DNA from: Tubiluchus corallicola
Lineage: Eukaryota; Animalia; Priapulida
Assembly (NCBI GenBank): GCA_030141605.1
Contig: JAQGDQ010000033.1
Location: 434,001-498,000 of the forward strand
DNA length: 64,000 nt
Direction: 5' to 3'
This document shows, piece by piece, positions 53,696 to 64,000 of this stretch. Position 1 is the first letter of the stretch. Every line of letters begins with the position of its first letter. The position numbers and the translations under genes are program-made. The notes under the pieces are model-generated. The model did no database searches. It saw only the letters and a list, made by a program, of their open reading frames with translations, and was not told the DNA's origin.

Positions 53696-53989
53696 CACTA
53701 TCATTTGTGTAACCTACTCGCAAAATCAGAGGGAGAGGGGGGCAGTGTTTCCGTGTCGAGTAACAGTAACTGATAATACGCGTGTAATCAAATGAAATGT
53801 CTCCATGAGACGAATCGCATGGTATAAGCATTCACTGATTTTGGCGGACGCTAACCTCAAGATCACAGGTTAAATATAACAAGGTCTGATTTCAGTGTTG
53901 AAATGTTCGCGAAACATCATCGAGGAAACACGTTCTTTGGGCGTGTTATGGTTATTATTGAGAAAGTTTTGTGGCTCTTTGGGAAAACA

Positions 53990-54660
53990 ATTTATTATTA
54001 TTATTATTATAATTCTTTATTTTTAAAAAACTATGTACAGAATACATTCCCTCTATTTGTAGGGATATGATTAAAATTTCTAAAAGCATTTACAACGTAT
54101 TAAACCTATTCACATATATATATATATATATAATTTAGAATCCAACGCATGAGACACATTGAACGACAACGATCATATACAATAGACATAGTTACAAATT
54201 ATAATCCAACACTACATATATACATAATAAAAGATAACGAACATATTTTAATACTTAGTAACAAAAATTTACACACATTATACACAATGAAAAACTGCGA
54301 GTACAATTATAATAAACATAATTACCAATTCTAATGTAAATTCACATAATCATAGATAAAAACAAAACAGCATATAGAAAACACGACGAGAGTCGTAAAA
54401 TTTCAACACCAACAGACTGCTTATATACGGGCGAAAGACGATAGGAATTCATCGGAGATAAGATTTGCAAAAGCATTTATAGCATTATTATCCCGGCTAG
54501 AGAAAACATAGTCCGAATCTAACGTAGGCACAGTGCTAATAAAAACATTTCTTTTGGCTTGGTTTACTAATGTACATTCAAATAATAAATGATGTACAGA
54601 CTGAGGGCTTAATAAGCAGTTACATGTGCTATTATTAAAGGATAGGTTTCTAAATGTTTA
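53990..54660 (-). mobile_element. 3' fragment of a LINE (C-terminal CCHC knuckle, 3' UTR, AATAAA, (TAA)n tail)
   Basis: Minus-strand translation LSFNNSTCNCLLSPQSVHHLLFECTLV...FARI*, stop at 54421-54423; AATAAA at 54016-54021 and a (TAA)n tail at ~53992-54010. Confidence 0.72.
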
Positions 54661-55006
54661 GTAAGTTGACGTTCTTACAGTGCATGTTTGTCATCTCTTC
54701 GCATATATAAAACCTATGGAATGGAATGCTGCTCCTGCTCCATCTTTCAGTTTCCTCTTTTAAACGATGGGATGACATTCTCATACGTGAAACTGCTATT
54801 CTACAATGTTCTTACGACCAAAGATTTGTACTACTGTATACAATTAAAGCATCGTTATAAGCCCAAGTGGGAAACGGTAATAAGTGGGGATAACCACCAT
54901 TTTTACTTGGAAAACTTCCTTGTCATTAGAAATATGGTGCTCAATTTTATTTATTATCACAGAAAAAGATCCATCCACTATCCAAGATTACTATCAATTT
55001 ACTGTT

Positions 55007-55180
55007 TAATTATTCATTGACAAGTTGCGTCTGCTAGTGAATCTATATTATTTTTTTATTATTCAAAACTTATTGCATACATTTAAGGTACATAATTATT
55101 CATTGACAAGTTGCGTCTGCTATAGTGAATCTATATTATTTTTTTATTATTTAAAACTTATTGCGCACATTTAAGGTACA
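55007..55180. repeat. Two-copy ~86-bp tandem duplication
   Basis: taattattcattgacaagttgcgtctgcta...catttaaggtaca occurs twice in tandem. Confidence 0.92.
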
Positions 55181-55260
55181 TAAAATACGTTGGCCTACAT
55201 TTATTATCTATAAATAGCACAGCACCAGCTTAGATTTTGAGTTTTAATGCTGCTTGTTAT

Positions 55261-56039
55261 TCATTCTCGTTGACTGCCCAATCAGCATGAAAGGCTTTGC
55301 AGTTGCTTTTTAGCTACAGCTGCGTATTGCCGGGCATCTAATACTGTTATGAAAAATGCTTAACTTTTCATTAGCGAGCGGGAGAAATATTGGCCTGGCT
55401 CTAGATTTTATTATTGAAATTGCAAGTGGTAGTGGAAATATATAGTCTAGTTTCGCTTATTAGGGGAAGAAATGCACAACGCTTACGTCTAGGAGCTGCT
55501 GATGAAACCGTTTTGCTATCGATAAAACATGTAGTTTAGTTTACTTTATGACTTTGCAAGTTAGATAAAAGGTTAAAACAACTATTTGTTTAACTTTAAA
55601 AAATTGACATATTAACCTGGCGAGGTTAGGCTGATCATATGACACTGCTTTAATTTTTGTGAGCGTCAAATGGCCTACCTGAACGGAGTTAAGAAGAAGT
55701 TTATAACTTCAGATCATGGAGGCCCGATTCGGTAGGTATAAATGTTCACTGTTGACCTGCATGTAAAAATAACAGCCTGTGCACCTCTAAGTAGATTTGT
55801 ATAGATTGTAGAGAATAAGCTAGTCGGCCTTAGTAAGCAATAATTGAGGCCAAAGCGTATAGTTAAACTCATCTACGGGAATCTGTGACAACTGTCATGA
55901 TTACGACTAAACGAGCACACTCGTAGAAACTCCATATTTAAACAAAATGTTTTTGGCAAAAAGTTTTCTTTTCTGGCTAGTTTTTATAAACCTCGGTGAG
56001 ATCTTCACTGTCAAAATTAATTTAAATGTGGTCAAAATT

Positions 56040-56100
<61 letters not shown>

Positions 56101-56150
56101 ATGTAATATGAAATAATTTTATGCTGTTTTTTCTGTTTATAATCATGGTT
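55261..56150 (+). repeat. Dispersed repeat, copy 2, with a ~340-bp extra segment and (TA)n at 56045-56098
   Basis: Colinear with 49456-49960. Confidence 0.85.
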
Positions 56151-56597
56151 AAATTTTTTCTGTGCCATTTTTACCCTAATCGCTTATTACCTAAAATGGG
56201 CGACATAACATGACCATCATGGCTGACATTACATTAATCTTAATTTTTTTAAAAAAAACTGTATCGCACCTGCTAGAGCAGATAAGATAATGACGAGGTG
56301 TCTGATTGTAGGTTTTCAAGGTTAAGGATTCCATATTTGATGCTTAAAAACCTATGACATCACCTCACTTAGGTTTTCAAAAAGAAGGCCAAGGTAGCTG
56401 TAGCTAGCTTGTATGTTATGTTAGCTATATTGCACGTTCTAAGTCAAATAGGATGTGTATGGGCCTGGAAGGTCAGAGACTTAAGGTAGTACGCAACATG
56501 ACCTCCATTTTCAAGATGGCCAAAAAAGTTGACTGTCGCTAGCTTATAAACCATTAAAACGCCACATCTTAGATCATATGAAATTGTGAATAGGCCC

Positions 56598-56759
56598 TGT
56601 TATGTTGAGTAACTAATTAATATCTATGCCTGTTACAACACCTTGGTTTGGTGTTCTTTTAACCAGTGCACCTTAACTTGTAACTGGAATGGCGCTGCTC
56701 TTTAAATTGGAATAAAGCCATAATTCCAATCATTTTCTCTTTTATTTATGGTTATAACA
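56598..56759 (+). repeat. 5' LTR
   Basis: TGTTAT...ATAACA; I found one substitution versus the 3' LTR (acaccttgg / acactttgg). Confidence 0.97.
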
Positions 56760-56760
56760 A

Positions 56761-56776
56761 TTTATTCCAATTTAAA
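56761..56776 (+). other. Non-tRNA primer-binding site complementary to LTR positions 56701-56716
   Basis: tttattccaatttaaa is the exact reverse complement of tttaaattggaataaa; no TGG follows the LTR. Confidence 0.75.
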
Positions 56777-56783
56777 ACAAAAG

Positions 56784-59700
56784 ATGGACAAATATCTTCG
56801 ACCTGAGAGGCTAAGTGTGGACCCGAATTCTAGCTCAGCTGACGAAGAATTTCAGCACTGGTTGAAAACATTCGAAAATTTTCAAGGAAGGGCAGTGGCT
56901 AAACAAGCAGAAGAGGATGAAGTAGCAGCCGTGGCGGAAGAAGTAGATAGAAGGAAATTTGAACTGTTAACGAACTACGTATCTGCTTCAGTTTTTAAAG
57001 TATTTTCGGAATGCAAGAGTTACAAGGACGCTGTTGACACGTTAAAAAAAGTTTATTTAAAGCCAAAGAATATTCATTATGCTAGGCATGCATTGATGAC
57101 TTGTAAGCAGAAGTCAAGTGATTCTATTGATAAATTCGTGCAGACTCTGAGAGAATTAGCTAAGGAGTGTTCGTTTGATGCGGTTAGTGCAGAGCAGTAC
57201 AAAAACGAAGCCATCCTATCTGCCTTCATATCTGGATTGGCTTCAAATGAGATTAGGCAGAAGATACTAGTAGACTGTGAAGAGCTGGATTTGGACAAAG
57301 TGTTAAAAACTGCCAAATCTACAGAAATGGCTATGGCCCATTCATCAAATTATATCGGAAATGCAATGTCAGACATTGGCGGTATAGCGGCTTTTACGGC
57401 AAGTAAAGAAGATGACCACGGAGATTGTTCTCTTGCTAGCATAAAGAAAAAACATTACGGTGCTAGGGCTAATCCAAATTCTAAGACTGTGTGTGAATCT
57501 TGCGGATATAGCCACTTCAAAAATAAGTGTCCCGCGAAAAATGAACAGTGCTTTAAGTGCAACAAATGGGGACATTTTTCAAGAAAATGTACTGAAAAGA
57601 CAACTGCATCACTTGTGAGAAAGAACAAAAGTGATAATTATCAATCGAACTGGTTAACTTTAGCAACTGCACATCAACAGAATGGAACTCCTAACAGTTT
57701 AACTAAAGTGACAGTAAAAATTACTATTCAGCAAACAGAATTGAAGGCACTGATAGACAGCGGCAGTTCAGATTCATACATCAATGCTGAAATTGTAGAA
57801 CAATTGGGCATTCCATGTGATCAAACAAATGACAAAGTTGGAATGGCAGTTGCCACATCGAGTTTTGAAGTGAAATCGGTATGTAATGTAGATATGATTC
57901 TTCAAAACAGAAATTATGCTGTTAAATTGCTTGTTCTACGAAATCTGTGTGCTGACGTAATTTTAGGACATGATTTCATGTCTCAGCACGAGAAAGTTAC
58001 TCTTCATTTTGGGGGAGGGAAGGAACCGCTAAAAGTTTGTGGATTAATGAGAGCGAAAATATCTCCGGCTGAGCCTTTTCAGAATCTAACAGATGGCATT
58101 AAACCAGTGGCAACTAAATCGCGAAGGTACGACATCGAGAAAACGAAATTCATTGAGCTAGAGGTGGAAAAACTGCTAAAAGACGGTAGAATTGAGAAAT
58201 CTAATTCGCCTTGGAGGGCCCAGGTACTGGTCACTACTAATGAAAATCACCGCAGAAGACTAGTGATAGACTATTCTCAAACAATAAATAGATTTACAGA
58301 ACTTGATGCTTATCCGGCTAAACGAATGAGTGATTTAGCAAATACAATGGCTAAATACCGTTTTTATAGTACTGTAGATCTGGAATCAGCATATCATCAG
58401 ATACCGCTGAGAGAACAAGATAGAAAATATACGGCATTTGAAGCTAATGGGCAATTATATCAATTTACATGCCTGCCTTTTGGAATCACCAATGGAGTTT
58501 CCTGTTTTCAGAGGAAAATGGATGAGTTTATTCAGGACTTTGGTTTGAAAGATACGTATGCATATCTGGACAACATTACACTAGGTGGCATGACTCAGCA
58601 AGAACATGATGAAAATTTGCAGAAATTATTAGAGGCTGCAAAAAGAGCAAACTTAACACTTAACGAGAAAAAGTGTGTCTATTCTACGGAAACAGTTAAA
58701 ATGCTGGGGTATCAGATTAGCAAAGGGAGCATCAAACCAGATCCTGATAGATTGAAAACATTACAGGATATGCCAGAGCCAAACAGTCAGAAGTCGCTTA
58801 AACGTGTATTAGGATTATTTGCATACTATTCGCAATGGATCTCAAATTTTTCAGCAAAGATAAGGCCTCTGAATGAAGCTAATAAATTTCCTTTAAGCAG
58901 TGAAGCAAAACATGCTTTTTTTCAACTGAAAGCTGATATTGAGTCTGCAGCTATTAAAGATATAGAGGACGACATACCTTTTGTGGTGGAAACAGATGCA
59001 TCTGAAACGGCAATTGCTGCTACATTAAATCAAGCTGGAAGACCAGTGGCCTTTTATTCTAGGACACTAAATCGTTCAGAACGAAACCATGCTTCTGTGG
59101 AGAAAGAAGCTTAAGCTATAGTAGAATCATTGGAGCGATGGCGACATCTTCTAATGGGGCTACACTTCACCTTAGTGACAGATCAAAGGTCAGTATCATT
59201 CATGTTTGATCAAAAGCAGAAAAGTAAAGTAAAGAATGATAAAATTCAGAGATGGAGGGTACAGTTAACAGGATTTAGCTATGATATTAGATACAGACCG
59301 GGCAAAAATAATGAAGCCCCAGATGCACTTTCAGATGCGCAACTACATTTTCAGATTTGAATTACTTAAAAACTTTGCATGAGGCTTTATGTCACCCAGG
59401 AGCTACTAGGCTGTACCATTTTGTGAGAACCAAAAACTTACCATATACTTTGGATGAAATTCGTAAAATCACTTTTCAGTGTCCAGCATGTTGTAAATTG
59501 AAACCTAGATTCATGAAGCCTGAACGAGCAACTCTTATTAAAGCTGTGCGACCAATGGAAAGGTTGAACATTGACTTTAAAGGTCCTTTGCCCAGTAGCA
59601 CCTCAAACAAATATTTTCTAACTGTAGTGGATGAGTATAGCCGATTTCCATTTGCCATACCGTGTGCAGATTTATCTGCTCAGACTGTGATACAGGGCCT

Positions 59701-60493
59701 TAGTCAATTTTTTTCACTTTGTGGATGTGCAGCTTACATACATTCGGATCGAGGTGCTAGTTTTCTGTCAGCAGAAGTTCGAGAATTTCTGCACTCCAGG
59801 GGAATTGCAACTAGCCGAAAAACTCCATATAATCCACGTGGTAATGGGCAATGTGAAAAATACAATGGAATAATATGGAAGTCGATACAGTTAGCACTGG
59901 AATCCAAGAATTTAGACATCAAAGCTTGGGAGATTGTTTTACCAGAAGCATTACATGCGATTCGGTCATTACTGTGTACGTCCACTAATGCCACCCCACA
60001 TGAATTGTTTTTTAATTTTGCTCGCAGATCAGCTAGTGGAGGTTCTGTGCCCAGCTGGCTCACTTCCCCTGGACCGGTACTGTTAAGACGATTTGTTAGA
60101 ACCTGCAAGTCTGATCCTCTAGTGGATATGGTAGATTTAATTGAAGCAAATCCCCAATATGCACATATACGATATCGTGATGGCCGGGAAAGCACTGTAT
60201 CTATTAAAGACTTAGCACCATGCGGAAAGGTTGATGAAGGTGGCAGAGCAGTGATAGATGGAGAGAATGAAGAACCTCAAAGAAAACTGGTCATGGAACC
60301 TGTGAATTCCCATAACGTTGTACACACAGAAACAGTCTCAAATCAGGATACACTTAATACAAAGATGGATGGAGTTTTCACTAGTGGGAAGGAAGAGATT
60401 ACAGAAATTGCACATGACAGTGAAGAAATAGAATCTGTAAGGAGGTCTTCTAGAGCAAACAAAGGGAAAATGCCAGCACGCTATTGTGATTAA
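56784..60493 (+). pseudogene. Single gag-pol reading frame, disrupted by a TAA at 59112-59114 and a 1-nt frameshift near 59333
   Basis: Two gag zinc knuckles (CESCGYSHFKNKC, CFKCNKWGHFSRKC), protease LIDSGS, RT LPFG...YLDN, RNase H VETDAS...EKEA*AIVE, integrase HHCC and D,D,E (NIDFKGP, HSDRG, QCEKYN). Confidence 0.93.
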
Positions 60494-60741
60494 TTGTAGT
60501 GAACTGAATTGGATGTAACTTTATCAAACTCTTGCTAATTTTAGAATTCATATGCATTGGACATTACATTCAGTGAATCAGTATACTGCTTATCAAATCC
60601 CTTTTATATAAGTATCTTAAACTAACTGTACTAAATTTTGTTTAGTTTCCGAGTTAATACTGTTAACTTTGAACTGTTTGTCTGGTTCAATTTGATAACA
60701 CTTATAATTGATATTGTAGCTTTAAATGTTCCCAAATTCTT

Positions 60742-60753
60742 AGGAGGGAAGAA
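60742..60753 (+). other. Polypurine tract
   Basis: aggagggaagaa directly abuts the 3' LTR. Confidence 0.9.
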
Positions 60754-60915
60754 TGTTATGTTGAGTAACTAATTAATATCTATGCCTGTTACAACACTTT
60801 GGTTTGGTGTTCTTTTAACCAGTGCACCTTAACTTGTAACTGGAATGGCGCTGCTCTTTAAATTGGAATAAAGCCATAATTCCAATCATTTTCTCTTTTA
60901 TTTATGGTTATAACA
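60754..60915 (+). repeat. 3' LTR
   Basis: 162-bp copy of the 5' LTR followed by the TSD GGCCC. Confidence 0.97.
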
Positions 60916-61467
60916 GGCCCTAAAAAGCATCAGTTATGTCAGCACTCCAAGCCAATATTGGTTGCAACCAGACTTATTTAGCATTTACAGAGAGAGGAAA
61001 AACGATAGGTTGGTCAACAGGGCAATTAAGTGTCTTAGGTGGTAACTGAACATTTGTATCACTAAGAAACTACTAGAGCTGAGCAGCTGACCAAACTGTT
61101 ACTGAACAACTAAAACACGTAGGCCTAAATGTTCATTAGAAAGGGATTGTCTGTTAAGGCAATCCTCCAATATCTGCTACAGCATTGGAGCACCAGGGAG
61201 GATGCTGTTGGGGCGGCCATTGATCACTGTCTCAGCTTAAGCATCACTTTACCGTTTGAATAGGGCTGGAACTGGAAGAAGTCCACTGACGTGTCATGGG
61301 ATCCACTTTAGACATTAAGACCTGAAGCATGTCAACAACTTATTAAATGTTGCTGCCAATCAGCCATGGCAGATAATTAAATATGTTCAAGCACAAGCCT
61401 TAAGACCATAACAGATTGTTTCAGAAATAATGTTATCTACATACCAGGATCATTAAATTCTGGCTCG

Positions 61468-62082
61468 TTTTGAGCTGTTTTAGTTTTTTGCTGGCTTTTT
61501 TATCAGGTGGTATGTTAAATGTGTAGATACATAATACTGTTGATATTATTACAGCTTAACAATGCTACCCTAAATCCTGCATCTTTGAGACCTGTTTTCG
61601 ACACTAAAGTCGCCGTCTTTTCGTCAATGGAACATGCATGCTGTGGCCAATATATTACACAGCGGTTGTAGCTATCTTGACAACCATTTCGAAGCCCTAA
61701 ATGGATAATGTCATGGGCGTTTTTAGACATCAGACGTGGATTTCTTGACCTTGAAGAACTACATTTGCAGACCTGTTTTGAGCTGTTTTGGTTTTTTGCT
61801 GGCTTTTTTGTCAGATTATATGTTAAATGTGTAGATACGTAATGCTGTTGATGTTGTTACAGCTTAATAATAAAAATGCTACCCTAAATCCTGGATCTTT
61901 AAAACCTGTTTTCGACACTAAAGTCGCCATCCTTTCGCCAATGGAACATGCATGCTGTGGTCAATATATTACACAGCGATTGCAGCCATCTTGGCAACCA
62001 TTTCGAAGTCCTAAATGGATAATGTCATGACGTTTTTAAACACCAGGCGTCGATTTCTTAAGCTTGAAGAACTACATTTGCA
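61468..62082. repeat. Two-copy ~305-bp tandem duplication
   Basis: ttttgagctgtttt...cttgaagaactacatttgca at ~61468-61769 and ~61776-62082, moderately diverged. Confidence 0.92.
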
Positions 62083-63164
62083 TACCAAATCATAATCTTA
62101 TATGTTCTCAAAGCAACGATGAGGCCTTTATATGCTGGCGACAGCCATGCTGTCAGCCATCTTGAATATGGCAGCCATACTGAATACTACATTAAGTATT
62201 TCCCGCCAAACGAACGTTGATGCCGGCATATTTAAAAAATGACACAAGCTGGTGTATGCTAGGCACTAGGCAGTGTGAATGCCGTAAAGGCGAACTGTGT
62301 GAAGGTACCGTGTGTGAAGGTTGTGTTTAACTGTTGCATGATTTCTACGGTTTGCTTAGAAATTGCGTTATTCCAATGTTGTGTTTAACTGTGTTTATCT
62401 AGAAATTAGTCATTCGATCAATTATGATCACATTTAAAGTGGTTACATCGCTTTAATCTACAGGAATAAACCGTAAACTGTGTAAGTTGTGTAAATAATT
62501 AATTTACAGATTTTTGTTAACTTTTAGGTACGCGTGTAAACTCGTCACGTAGTAGGTATCGGGTTGGTTACTTAGTTTATAGAGTTCGCTCTATAAGTTA
62601 AAGAAAGATTCTGAAGCACCTAGCGGGATTAGTGTTTATATTGCACCGAAACCAGATGACGACATTTTTGTCTAAAATGAGCGCGCCCAGGTGTAAAGTA
62701 ATCACTTTAAATTGAATTTACTAATTACGCAAGATGCTTATCACAATTTTATTGCTGAAACTTTTCAACATTTTCCCCAAATATTAAGATAGGCTGAACT
62801 TGAAGAGAGACTTGGCTTTTGCTTTAATGCTAATCTTACTGCTATTTTTCTGGCAATCTCATTAAATGTGCTACCCATCTTAGCTATGTGATTCTGATTT
62901 TAGTGCTTTATTAAAATAATTAAATGAGTGAAGAAAAGCAATAAAATTGAAACAATACTGTAGCTTATTTCAGTTATTTTAATTTGAATTTAATTTAATT
63001 ATTTCACATCACACACAAACAATAGTTAAAAAACAAATGTTTACATAAAACAATCATCAAATCAATGATGTGGGGGAGACGCTCAGATGCTAAATTGCCT
63101 GTTTATCAAAAAGTAAAATGTTTAAATGTTGAGCTTATTTGTAGTAGATCTTTCTTAGTGCTGG

Positions 63165-63662
63165 CTAGTGATGAACGTCGATCATTCAAATCGAATTCAA
63201 ACGGGTTGAATTCGATTTGAACAAAGTATTTTTTAGTTCGGATTCCATTTTAACCAACAATCATACATTCACATAATTCGATCAACACTTCAACTACATA
63301 CATGCTTTATCATTAAAAAGTTGAAATGTCATGCAATCATCATAGTCAGAATCAGAATACAATTTAGTTTGCCCCAATACCCATAAAAGTCTAAAAAATG
63401 CAAAATTTAATAATGCAACAGCCAAGAGAGACAGGGGTGGCGAAAAGACCAAAAGGTCGTCCAGTTTCGTTGCGATTTTTGTGCACAGTTTTAAAAAACA
63501 AATTATTAGTATTTTTACTGCAAAACAGTCATACATTATGCATGATTTTCCTGAGACGGTTTTTTATTAGTGACTGAAAAATTTTTAAAAGTGAATTCGG
63601 ACGCAAAATTCAGTTTGATTCGAGTTCGAAAAACACAAATTCGATTCAATTCAAATTCGCTT
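63165..63662. mobile_element. Possible hAT-type MITE remnant with ATTCGA-rich ends
   Basis: tagtgatg start and clusters of attcg/tcgaa at 63180-63245 and 63590-63660. Confidence 0.3.
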
Positions 63663-64000
63663 TCTGGCAGGAAATGCTCACCCCTCGTACTGAGTCTGAT
63701 ATTGTGGATATCTTTCAGTGACGGAGTGCGAGTCAGTGATCGCTTTAGCAGCAGGGTAACAAAATCAATTAAATTAAACCCGAACACCTGTTTCAACTTC
63801 CCGCGGAGTTATTTTTGACGACAAGATTCATTGAAGTAAACATGGTTATTGAAAGTTCACGGAAGTAGTCTTTAATTCTAACTAAAAGAATTTTAGTGCT
63901 TGAAACTCCTTCGTGAGAAAGTCTAATACCTTTCCCTCTAGTCTACACGTGATCAGTAAAAAGTGATATACCGTTGTTCAGTAATGCGGTGATAAGCAGC

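Larger units (their letters stand above)
56598..60915 (+). mobile_element. Full-length Ty3/Gypsy LTR retrotransposon (Mag-like gag), 4318 bp
   Basis: Two 162-bp TG...CA LTRs, 5-bp TSD GGCCC (56593-56597 / 60916-60920), domain order gag-PR-RT-RH-IN, PPT before the 3' LTR. Confidence 0.98.
56395..62261 (+). mobile_element. Second decayed Academ-like DNA transposon, interrupted by the Gypsy insertion (ends approximate)
   Basis: 56505-56550 ccattttcaagatggccaaaaaagttgactgtcgctagcttataaa is inverted at ~62126-62170; 61258-61365 translates E*GWNWKKSTDVSWDPL*TLRPEACQQLIKCCCQS. Confidence 0.55.

Noticed and set aside
55480-55535. Hammerhead-like GTC...CTGATGA...AAAC in the dispersed repeat
   Set aside because: Stems I and II do not pair convincingly, and the second copy (~49690-49740) lacks the core.
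56748-56783. In-frame ATG inside the 5' LTR as the gag start
   Set aside because: Falls within the predicted priming structure; ATG 56784 (MDKYLRPERL) looks like the natural gag start, although use of the upstream ATG cannot be excluded.

Overview
AT-rich animal genomic DNA, most likely a bilaterian invertebrate; the species cannot be determined from the sequence. Three host genes are supported. (1) A six-exon, minus-strand PAP2-family gene (755-4380, continuing off the left edge) whose catalytic histidines are lost, as in PLPPR proteins. (2) A two-exon KCTD7/14-like BTB gene (8352-9643) ending in a predicted transmembrane tail. (3) An intronless INSM/Nerfin-family SNAG zinc-finger gene (19605-21014, minus) with six fingers. 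The ~43 kb upstream of INSM shows no recognisable host gene. It holds microsatellites, SINEs, LINE 3' remnants, nested MITEs, two decayed Academ-type DNA transposons and a young 4.3-kb Ty3/Gypsy element (56598-60915; 162-bp LTRs, GGCCC TSD). The most striking signal is in that Gypsy: it has no tRNA primer-binding site. Instead, the 16 nt just after the 5' LTR are the exact reverse complement of 16 nt inside the LTR, which suggests self-primed reverse transcription, and its RT motif reads YLDN. Everything was read by eye with no database searches, and boundaries of decayed repeats are approximate.
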